A stretch of 64,000 bases of DNA from Minisyncoccota bacterium (lineage in GTDB: Bacteria > Patescibacteriota > Minisyncoccia > Phycocordibacterales > GCA-2401445): the NCBI GenBank assembly GCA_040879725.1, contig JBBDJV010000010.1:52892-116891 (forward strand), in the 5' to 3' direction. Shown here piece by piece: positions 8,712-16,571 of this stretch. How positions within the stretch are numbered: the stretch's first letter is position 1; each line of letters starts with the position of its first letter. The notes below the pieces were generated by a model, which saw nothing but the letters and a program-made list of their open reading frames with translations, searched no databases and was not told where the DNA came from. A program made the position numbers and the translations under genes.

Positions 8712-9212
8712 TCCAAGGGTTCCCCTTGGAGTAGGTTTTACGGTGGTTTTCGAGCAAAAAAGCGTCCCGATTGCTCTATTTTAGCCTTTTTTAAGCCATT
8801 TCAACACGCCACCCGGGTGGCGTGTTGAAATCTCCTGAGGTTAAACCTCGGGATAAAAATACGTTGCTATATATAGCTAAATCTGAACGAGGTTAAACCT
8901 CGTTCAAACCTCGTTCAGAACCCATTCATATTACAGTACTCTATAAGTATGAAAGAAACATACATCATCCCTATTCTCAAAATGAGCAAATAGTGCATTT
9001 ACGTTAGGAAATTGAATACTACAGGGTAAATACATGGCTCAACAAAGCCATTAAATGCGCACGCCGGCGTGCGCATTTATTTTTACAAAGGTGTACCGAT
9101 ATATCGGTACACTTAACCTTTCTCTTCTACGTTACCGTGTGCTACTGATCTATGTATGGCATTAGGAACACGGTATTCATACCAATACCAATACAAGGGG
9201 ACCCCTTGTATT
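8712..9212. repeat. Cluster of long palindromes (REP-like), cluster 1
   Basis: Palindromes at 8712-8730, 8798-8831 (34 bp perfect), 8833-8853, 8884-8906, 9052-9079 (28 bp perfect), 9091-9112 (22 bp perfect), 9190-9212. Confidence 0.85.
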
Positions 9213-9289
9213 TGGGAGAACTAGTAAACCGCGGAAGCTTTTACCCAAATTATAGGAATAAGTGGTGAATATCGTGTACTATATATACT

Positions 9290-9430
9290 ATGAATATTCA
9301 TGATCCTAATCCATTTCATATACAAACTGGTAAGTCAGCCGAATATCACCCCAAAGGACACCAAGGGAGAATAATTCTAACCATACTTCTTTGTATCTTT
9401 TTTATTGCTCTGTACGTACTGGTTAAATAA
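9290..9430 (+). CDS. 46-aa small protein with C-terminal TM helix (below the ORF-track cutoff)
   Basis: MNIHDPNPFHIQTGKSAEYHPKGHQGRIILTILLCIFFIALYVLVK*; TACTAT -10 box 7 nt upstream; terminator directly after the stop. Confidence 0.6.
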   Translation: MNIHDPNPFHIQTGKSAEYHPKGHQGRIILTILLCIFFIALYVLVK

Positions 9431-9466
9431 AAAAAGGGGCTTCGCGAATGCGAAGCCCCTTTTTTA
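9431..9466 (+). terminator. Intrinsic terminator
   Basis: AAAAAGGGGCTTCGC-GAAT-GCGAAGCCCCTTTTTT. Confidence 0.85.
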
Positions 9467-9564
9467 CTGTAAGGGTTATCTGAACCTTTTATACACACGT
9501 ATCTATTGTGCCTTAGCGCGCTTCTTTTTATAATGAAAGTCAATAGTAATACTAAACAATATAT

Positions 9565-9930
9565 ATGGAACAAGAACCAATAAACCAAACAGGTCCCGAA
9601 CTGGGAAACTCAAGTCCTCAAAAAGGTCACCCAGTAGCTATCTTTGTCGTGCTACTTGTTATTTTAGGGGTTGTCTTGGGGTTTGTAAGTATGCAAGCCA
9701 AAGATAACGCTTCCGAGCAGGTAACCCAAACATCAACAAAAAACGAAGTTAGCCCGCTTCAGCTTGGAAAAGAAAAAGAAGATATTTTGATAATGGCAAG
9801 CAGTCCAACTCCCCTAAGTAGGTATGAAAAGCAAAGACTTTTCAGTTTTATCGAGGGTGAAAGGATACTAAAGTATAACTTTACTCAAGATGAGCAAATG
9901 ATTATTTTTAATGCACTCACTACCGATTAG
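9565..9930 (+). CDS. Single-pass membrane hypothetical protein
   Basis: TM helix near the N-terminus; stop is 1 nt before the ATG of the large surface protein. Confidence 0.75.
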   Translation: MEQEPINQTGPELGNSSPQKGHPVAIFVVLLVILGVVLGFVSMQAKDNASEQVTQTSTKNEVSPLQLGKEKEDILIMASSPTPLSRYEKQRLFSFIEGERILKYNFTQDEQMIIFNALTTD

Positions 9931-9931
9931 T

Positions 9932-12900
9932 ATGAAAAGACTATCTCTTTTTTCTACAATCCTGAGTGTGGCTATCTTTTCACTTTTTATCGGTGGAAGT
10001 TCGGTGTATGCAACAGTTTCCCTAAGTGATAGCTATAGTGGTTATAGTTACGCAAACTGTCATCCTGACGATATGTACGAAGACCAAAGTCCAATAGTAG
10101 GAAGTTCAGGACATAGCGGAAGTTCACGAGTTGATGTAACTAAGCCAATTTCAGCACAGGTTACAAAGTCATATGATGACGTTGACTCAGGATATGCAGA
10201 ATCTGATGGCTGGGTGCGATACGATAGGGTTTTCGAAGCGGCATCTACATTCGATACCTCGTACGCCCTTAGTGCTTATTTGCGCAAAATAAGGGTGAGT
10301 GAAGCGTATCCGGAAGAGTACTTCGGATACTGTAACGGTAATTCCTGGCTGTATAGTGCGGTAATTGAAGCGGGGGGAAGGGTTGCTACTATCGGTTCTG
10401 TTGCATGGACAAATGGTTCTATTGCAGGACAGGGAAAGTATGCGTTTGGCGGTGGTAGTGGATATCTCGCTGATAGATATGGGCTTTCTTCTTACGGTAT
10501 TAGTACAGGTAATGCTTTATCTGCGGAAGCTTTTGGTCCAAACCCTTCAGCCATAGCTTGGGTAAGAGATGCCGATGGCAATGCAATTACTGATTCAGAT
10601 GTACCGAGTGGCGGTTCGGATAATACTGAACAAATTGCCCTGCGTCCTATTTCTATAATAAGGAATAAAAATACTGGCGAGCGGGTTTCAGGTCCACATC
10701 CGAATAACGGCTGTGGTGTTGTTGAATATTATAAAGAAGCAACAAATACTGGAGTCAGGGCTACTGCTATTGTTACATCTTATAGCCTTGTAGAACAAAC
10801 ACCATACGAAACAGAATACGTAAATACATCTGATACAGACTCATGGAATGGTGATACGCCAGCAATTTCCGGCAGGAACCTTTGTCTTGATTCAGTGCCA
10901 AGTGAATTAGATGGTATTGTGAGCGTTTGTAATTCAAACTGGGAAACCGTCGCACCTGCTCCAACAACAAGTAATATAGATGCATTTAATACCGCAAAAA
11001 ATACTTACAGTAACTCAAGTTTGTATGAAGTAGTTACCTACTCTGTAGTCGAGCATGGTAGTCCTAGTTCTTTCTATACGGAACCGGAAAGTGAATATGA
11101 CGTATACAATGAAATGTTTAACTTCGCATCCAAGGCGTATGGACGTGTGGTTGAATCTTGTACCGAAGATCCTGTAGTAGATCCAAACCCACTTTCTTGT
11201 ACAGTAAGTCCTTCTGAATCAAGAGTTAATACAGGAGAAGAAGTCAGATGGACAGCGACTGTGTTTAACGGCACTCCTGCTTCGTATAGCTGGGAAGGAA
11301 GTTCGAATTTAACTGGCTCTGGCGCTACTGTCGATAAAACATACTATAATGCAGAGTCACAAAACGCAGTAGTACAAGTGACTGACAGCTCGGGTAGAAC
11401 TACTTCATGTGGAGGAATGGTAAATGTTGACCCAACTCTGGAGGCGAGCTGTTATGCAAATCCAAACTCAACAAATCTTGAAAGTGGAATGAGTGATGTA
11501 TCTGTGGACTGGGTTGCTGTTCCGAAAGGGGGGACAGGTACCTATACATACGAGTGGTCAGGTGATGTAAGCGGTGGAGATATTTCTGAAACAGAAGTCT
11601 ATACATCAACCGGTGTTAAGTCTGGTTCGGTACTTATCACTTCTGGTTCTGAGACAGTGTCTGCAAACTGTTCAGCAACTATTGCGGGAGGTTTGGAATA
11701 TAATGTTGTCGCTGTTCCTGATGAGATAACTATATTTTCTGATACTCATGGTTCACTCGAAAATGATGATGCTTTCGTGAAAGTAGAAAAAAATCTTATT
11801 TCAGGTGATAGTGTTCCAGTAGATATTTCAGTTACTCTTACTTCTGTTGATTTAGATGAACCTAATCCTGACCCAAGTTCTGATCCAAATTCTGATCCAT
11901 TTGCTGATTCTCCTTATAACCGCGCAAACTATGGCTTTACTATTTCCTTTGATTCCTATAAAACGTGCGGGCCGACGTGTAGTACGAATATAACCCTTCA
12001 AACAGGTACCGATGGTAGTGGTGGAGGATTCCCCGAGCCAACACCGGCTGGTACATACCGATTCCAAGTATCTAGCAATGTCCAAACAGAAAGTGGTATT
12101 TACCCGTATGATAATTTTGATGTAGTGGTAACAGGTACTCCGCCCCCAAATACACCCTATTTAGGACCAACAACAGGAGCTTCGTGTGGTGCAGAGACTA
12201 GAGTTCAGTTTAGTAACCAAACTGGTTCTGAAACTGAGTACAATGGGTATCGTCTTATGAGGAATACGGAGAATAATTTTTCAGAGGCTGTTCTTGTTGC
12301 TGAGTTTGAGTACTTAGAAGATCGCCCAGAGCTATCTTGGGGGTCGGGGTCAGCAGCGTTATATCAGGAAGGAAAATATACCGACACAACACCTAATGCG
12401 GGAACACCGTACTACTATTTCTTGCAGGCGTATACTGAAGACGGTAGTGGAAATAAAACGTATTCAAATGTAGCTTACCTTTCTTCTCCAATTACAAGTA
12501 CGTATGAGTGTCTCACAGGGACTCCTTCATGTGTTGCTAATCCATCTATTGAAAATGCAGGGAATATTGTTAACTTTGAAGGTAGTAATGGGACGGTTTC
12601 CGGTGGCCAAGAACCATACACATATAGTTATCGATTCTCTGATATGACGACTTCATACATATCAAGTCCAAACTACGGAAGAACATTTAGCACTGCTGGA
12701 GTTGAAAATGCATATTTGAGTGTACAAAGTACTGATGGACAGACATCAGTGGAATCTGCATCATGCCCAGTTACTATAAATTCAGTACCACCAACAGTGT
12801 CGTTTGAGGTAAAGCCAAAACTTGGCGATGATACTGAGTATGTCTATGCACCGGATTCACCAAGAGCGTTGAGTATGGCATACAATGCGGCAAATGGAGG

Positions 12901-13492
12901 AAATAATGATGACAACCAAGTAACACTTAGGTGGGATGCAGACGCAGCGATTGAGTGCGTAGAAGTAACCGGTTCAGGATATGAAGATTGGGATACTGCT
13001 GATGTAACAAAAGGAACATACACTACGAGCGGCCCATGGACACAAGGAGAAAAAAGATTCCGGATTCAGTGTGATCCACCAACAGGGAGTAACCAATATC
13101 CAGTTACTGCTGATGCGTATGTACAACTCGGCGACTGTGAAAATTGTATTGATAGCCTTACATGCCAAGTGCGACAAGGGAATTCTAGCTCTTGGGTGAC
13201 CGAACCTCCTGAATCTTCCGATCCTGCGGAGCTACAAGTCCGTCTTGGAGAAAAAGTACAGTGGCAAGTAGTTCCGAGTCCCGCAGATGATGGTTCATAC
13301 GAATATAGTTGGGATGGAAGTACACCCCCACTTAATACTGCGGATACAGCTTTAGTGGAAGAAGTAGAATATAAAACAACTGGAGTTAAGACTGCAAAAG
13401 TGACAGTATCAAGTGGAGGAGATGTTGCGCAGTGCGGAAACAATCTTAACCTTATTGTTCTCCCTCCACGGCCTGACGTAAACGAGTTCTAG
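9932..13492 (+). CDS. Large secreted surface protein with PKD/Ig-like repeats (putative adhesin)
   Basis: Signal peptide MKRLSLF...VYA; repeated SC.ANP...V.W...GG...Y.YSW modules; FN3-like YYYFLQAY segment; S/T/G-rich with paired Cys. Confidence 0.85.
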   Translation: MKRLSLFSTILSVAIFSLFIGGSSVYATVSLSDSYSGYSYANCHPDDMYEDQSPIVGSSGHSGSSRVDVTKPISAQVTKSYDDVDSGYAESDGWVRYDRVFEAASTFDTSYALSAYLRKIRVSEAYPEEYFGYCNGNSWLYSAVIEAGGRVATIGSVAWTNGSIAGQGKYAFGGGSGYLADRYGLSSYGISTGNALSAEAFGPNPSAIAWVRDADGNAITDSDVPSGGSDNTEQIALRPISIIRNKNTGERVSGPHPNNGCGVVEYYKEATNTGVRATAIVTSYSLVEQTPYETEYVNTSDTDSWNGDTPAISGRNLCLDSVPSELDGIVSVCNSNWETVAPAPTTSNIDAFNTAKNTYSNSSLYEVVTYSVVEHGSPSSFYTEPESEYDVYNEMFNFASKAYGRVVESCTEDPVVDPNPLSCTVSPSESRVNTGEEVRWTATVFNGTPASYSWEGSSNLTGSGATVDKTYYNAESQNAVVQVTDSSGRTTSCGGMVNVDPTLEASCYANPNSTNLESGMSDVSVDWVAVPKGGTGTYTYEWSGDVSGGDISETEVYTSTGVKSGSVLITSGSETVSANCSATIAGGLEYNVVAVPDEITIFSDTHGSLENDDAFVKVEKNLISGDSVPVDISVTLTSVDLDEPNPDPSSDPNSDPFADSPYNRANYGFTISFDSYKTCGPTCSTNITLQTGTDGSGGGFPEPTPAGTYRFQVSSNVQTESGIYPYDNFDVVVTGTPPPNTPYLGPTTGASCGAETRVQFSNQTGSETEYNGYRLMRNTENNFSEAVLVAEFEYLEDRPELSWGSGSAALYQEGKYTDTTPNAGTPYYYFLQAYTEDGSGNKTYSNVAYLSSPITSTYECLTGTPSCVANPSIENAGNIVNFEGSNGTVSGGQEPYTYSYRFSDMTTSYISSPNYGRTFSTAGVENAYLSVQSTDGQTSVESASCPVTINSVPPTVSFEVKPKLGDDTEYVYAPDSPRALSMAYNAANGGNNDDNQVTLRWDADAAIECVEVTGSGYEDWDTADVTKGTYTTSGPWTQGEKRFRIQCDPPTGSNQYPVTADAYVQLGDCENCIDSLTCQVRQGNSSSWVTEPPESSDPAELQVRLGEKVQWQVVPSPADDGSYEYSWDGSTPPLNTADTALVEEVEYKTTGVKTAKVTVSSGGDVAQCGNNLNLIVLPPRPDVNEF

Positions 13493-13512
13493 TATTTATT
13501 AAAAAAGCAAAA

Positions 13513-13545
13513 GAAAACCCCAGAGCCTAAACTCTGGGGTCTTTT
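13513..13545. terminator. Bidirectional terminator
   Basis: GAAAACCCCAGAG-CCTAAA-CTCTGGGGTCTTT. Confidence 0.8.
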
Positions 13546-13552
13546 GTTATTG

Positions 13553-14608
13553 TCAGTGCACTCGTTCCTCCTCGACATTGGTGCGTGCCCGAAAGATGCA
13601 GTTCTGTGCATCATTTGGCAAAGGCATTGCAAGCAAACCTGTATAGCCTGAATAAGTAGCAACTTCCTCCCATGTTTCAAGGTCGGTACTGCACTCGATG
13701 GTAAGTGTGCCAGGAGCACACTGTCCTCGCGCTACTAGCCGCGCGGTGCCGTCAATTACCTCAATAGAGAGGTGTACGTCCGAAGGGGTTATTTTCTCCC
13801 CGGTGCGAAGGTCGAATTGCTCAAAGAGCTTTCTGTCTACTGAGTAGTAGACAATGAACTCACCGTATAGGTTTTCCCGCACAGCTTTTCCGAAAATTTC
13901 CGCGGGAACAAGGATTTTGTCGGCAAAGGCTCGTACTTCGAATCCTCCACCTACGTACGCATGAGCGCTTTCTTCAACGAGAAAAGGATGACCTGTCTCG
14001 GTGGTTCGCCACTGCATGGTGGCGTGCTTAATTCCAGGTATTTTAATCGAAACCGAATATGTGTTTGATTTTTCGAAATCGGCATGGAATGCTTCTTCTG
14101 GTATCACCCACGAATTACCCTGTTGTTCAAGGTAAAAAACTTTTTGGTGATTAAACAGAAGCCCTTGTAGTTCCTTGTCAAAAAAAGAGATCGAAACAAA
14201 AAACGCTGTTTCCTTCGGATCTTCGGCGGCTTCGATAAACCTATCTGTTATGGGTACAAGTTTTTCATAAACTTCAGTCACAATATCTCCCGGAGTCCTT
14301 CCGTTCAGATTGAGAGCATAAATGCCACCAGTAATCTTGTTTTCGTGAGGCCACCACTTACCTTCATGGTAGTAGTTGTTGCTACTGTCCGTTCGAGCAT
14401 CGGGTGGGCTGTATCTAACAAAAAACCAAAGATATCCAACGTAGTTGGTTTTGTACGCCAACATGTTTTCTTGACTGCCGATGGGGAGCTGTTCCACTTG
14501 AGACAAAAGAGTCTCTTCCTTGGGGAGAAGTTCTTCAGAACCCTGCGCGGGGATGTAACCGCACAGAGCAACAAAAAGAACAAAAGTAAGCGTTGCGGTT
14601 TTCATCAT
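13553..14608 (-). CDS. Secreted hypothetical protein with Verrucomicrobiota-like C-terminal domain
   Basis: Signal peptide (MMKTATLTFVLFVALCGYIPAQG); C-terminus LTIECSTDLETWEEV...CIFRAR. Confidence 0.8.
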   Translation of the reverse strand: MMKTATLTFVLFVALCGYIPAQGSEELLPKEETLLSQVEQLPIGSQENMLAYKTNYVGYLWFFVRYSPPDARTDSSNNYYHEGKWWPHENKITGGIYALNLNGRTPGDIVTEVYEKLVPITDRFIEAAEDPKETAFFVSISFFDKELQGLLFNHQKVFYLEQQGNSWVIPEEAFHADFEKSNTYSVSIKIPGIKHATMQWRTTETGHPFLVEESAHAYVGGGFEVRAFADKILVPAEIFGKAVRENLYGEFIVYYSVDRKLFEQFDLRTGEKITPSDVHLSIEVIDGTARLVARGQCAPGTLTIECSTDLETWEEVATYSGYTGLLAMPLPNDAQNCIFRARTNVEEERVH

Positions 14609-14847
14609 ATTTTGAGGGGTTGAGTGTTTACTGTCAAATAACAGCAGTGTTTCTAACTACATTACACTAAGTATCAACAGACTTGTCTATAGTACCTGTG
14701 CATAACCTGTGTATTAGAGTGCACTAATTATTCTAATTTGTCCACCTTTGGCTTTATTATTAGATTCTAATAATTTACAAATACTTTCGTGTAACATATC
14801 AAGCAATGTGGATACAAATAACACACGTGGGTGAAAAAAATAGAAAT

Positions 14848-15186
14848 TCAGTTAATTTTCACAATATTTGGTATTCCTATCCAAGGGTTCCACTTGGGTG
14901 GGTAATTGATTCGTTGGTTTATAAAAGAATAATAATCAATAACTAAATTATCACAAGAATAGTTTCGATGTACCTGAGTCTCATCTTCATGTTTTAGTTC
15001 CGCTTCTTTAACCGAGATAGAGGCTTGTTGTTTATTGTGGTGAGGAAATAAGACGGGAGAAATGATAACGAGCCCGCCTTTTTCTTTGAGTAAACCTCTT
15101 AAGTGGTCTATAAGCTTTTCTTTGTCTTCAATGAAAGCAAGTACCAATTTGAGTAATATAAAATCATATTTCTTTTGAGAGAAAGT
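14848..15186 (-). pseudogene. N-terminally truncated class I SAM methyltransferase remnant
   Basis: The frame reads *TFSQKKYDFILLKLVLAFIEDKEKLIDHLRGLLKEKGGLVIISP (motifs II/III); the glycine-rich motif I is absent and an in-frame stop lies upstream. Confidence 0.6.
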
Positions 15187-15218
15187 TTATAAATTGATGA
15201 CTTACAAGAGAGAACTGT

Positions 15219-15755
15219 TTAAGTCTGTTGGTCCTTTACCATAAGTATGGTTTCAATTTTTTTACATCCAACTGCATGCAATCCTCTCTTTTTTGCATCT
15301 TTAAAACCATTCCGCTCATAGAAATTAATAGCTTTCTTATTTAAACGGCCAACCTCAAGAAATGTTAGCATTCGTGATGTTTTAGAAAAGGTGAAGGATT
15401 TTTTCATTAAAAGCTCTCCCAGACCCTTTCCTTGAAAAGAGGGAAGGAGATATAGTTGGCGTAATATTGAAAAACGCGTTGTTGAGTTTTTGTTTATACC
15501 AACTTGAATTGTGCATATCCCTATTATGCGATTATTGTAGGAGAGTACATAACGAAAATACTTTGAATTATGCATTTCGGGCAAATTGCTTTTAGAATTA
15601 CTTTCATACTTTTTCATTAATTTTAAGTTGAAAGAATCAAGTATATCTTGGTGGGTTATCTTTCCTCCTAGGTATGCTGAAATTACTGACCTCTTGAGGA
15701 CATTTTTAACTGATCGCAAATCAGTATTTTTAAATTTTCTTACTTTGTATTCCAT
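15219..15755 (-). CDS. GNAT family N-acetyltransferase
   Basis: LRQLYLLPSFQGKGLGELLM and NKKAINFYERNGF motifs; GGAG before ATG 15755. Confidence 0.88.
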   Translation of the reverse strand: MEYKVRKFKNTDLRSVKNVLKRSVISAYLGGKITHQDILDSFNLKLMKKYESNSKSNLPEMHNSKYFRYVLSYNNRIIGICTIQVGINKNSTTRFSILRQLYLLPSFQGKGLGELLMKKSFTFSKTSRMLTFLEVGRLNKKAINFYERNGFKDAKKRGLHAVGCKKIETILMVKDQQT

Positions 15756-15819
15756 ATAAATAAAAATCTCCCTTTTGTACTCAGAAGGGAGATGTGTGAT
15801 GACACTAGAGGTTTCCTCA

Positions 15820-16368
15820 TCAGGCAAACCTCATCATTCCTACGCGAGTTAGTTCGTTTGTAGGGAAAACACTCTCTTGTGGAGTTGAGCTCCCGAAATG
15901 CCAACATATTCGGTTATTCAGAGCGTCTTTGGGCCAGGATTCCAGGTTGACGCTATTTGGAAAGATAGTATCAAGAATTTTGAGAGTGTACTCATATATC
16001 CCTTCTACCAACTTTCCTTTCTCGATGTCAGTTTCATCAAGTGGGTCATGGTGCATATAGTAGCCAATTCCATCTTGGCAAAACTGAGCATAGCTCTTCG
16101 TATGAAGAATATGACTGTGCCAGTAAGGATCAACAGCTACTGAAACTGCATGCATGTTGTTCGGGTTTAACGTAGCAAGGGCATAGTATTGTTTGAGAGC
16201 ATACTCTGCCTCGCTAGGATTCAGAGTTGGCTCGCCACCAGCCTTTCTAATCTCTTTTTCTGCATGCTTCAAGAAAATACTGAAGTCATGGTTGTCAATT
16301 ATATGAAGACGACGCTTTTGCAAGGGAGTCAATATAATTCCTACGGTATCTACCAGTGTTTTTTTCAT
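15820..16368 (-). CDS. GRDP/DUF1399-like His-rich domain protein
   Basis: VSVAVDPYWHSHILHTKSYAQFCQDGIGYYMHHDP matches the (P)S..VD..WH.HIL.T..Y..FC...G..HH.P family motif. Confidence 0.75.
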   Translation of the reverse strand: MKKTLVDTVGIILTPLQKRRLHIIDNHDFSIFLKHAEKEIRKAGGEPTLNPSEAEYALKQYYALATLNPNNMHAVSVAVDPYWHSHILHTKSYAQFCQDGIGYYMHHDPLDETDIEKGKLVEGIYEYTLKILDTIFPNSVNLESWPKDALNNRICWHFGSSTPQESVFPTNELTRVGMMRFA

Positions 16369-16571
16369 AACCTGCATCCTTTGTTGTAATTGTTGAGAGA
16401 ACTTTGATTTAGAACCTGATTTTAGGATATAACAATAACTATAAAAAAACAATAGAATGAAACTTCGCTTTTGTGCCAGGTTTACATTTTGATTGCGCGC
16501 GCATGTACACATGTGCGCGCGTTTTTAATACATCACTCTGTTATAATTAAGTCAACCATCGTGGTGAGAAT

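Noticed and set aside
8833-8919. CRISPR array interpretation of the repeated GAGGTTAAACCTC units
   Set aside because: Only two units per locus, the spacers are homologous rather than unique, and no cas genes are present.
8920-9290. Degenerate RAYT/IS200 transposase between the palindromes
   Set aside because: No HUH motif or convincing YIH.NP motif in the frames I inspected, and no sustained ORF.
11858-11910. Short tandem repeat encoding EPNPDPSSDPNSDP
   Set aside because: Ordinary low-complexity loop within the surface protein; no template/variable repeat pair or reverse transcriptase to suggest a DGR.
14697-14815. Replication origin
   Set aside because: All boxes are imperfect, there is no dnaA/dnaN/rpmH context and no clear unwinding element; kept only as a low-interest finding.
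14630-16402. boxA-like motifs upstream of two accessory genes (TGTTATTTGACAG; GTTCTCTCAACAA, minus strand)
   Set aside because: Too degenerate relative to TGCTCTTTAACA to distinguish from chance.
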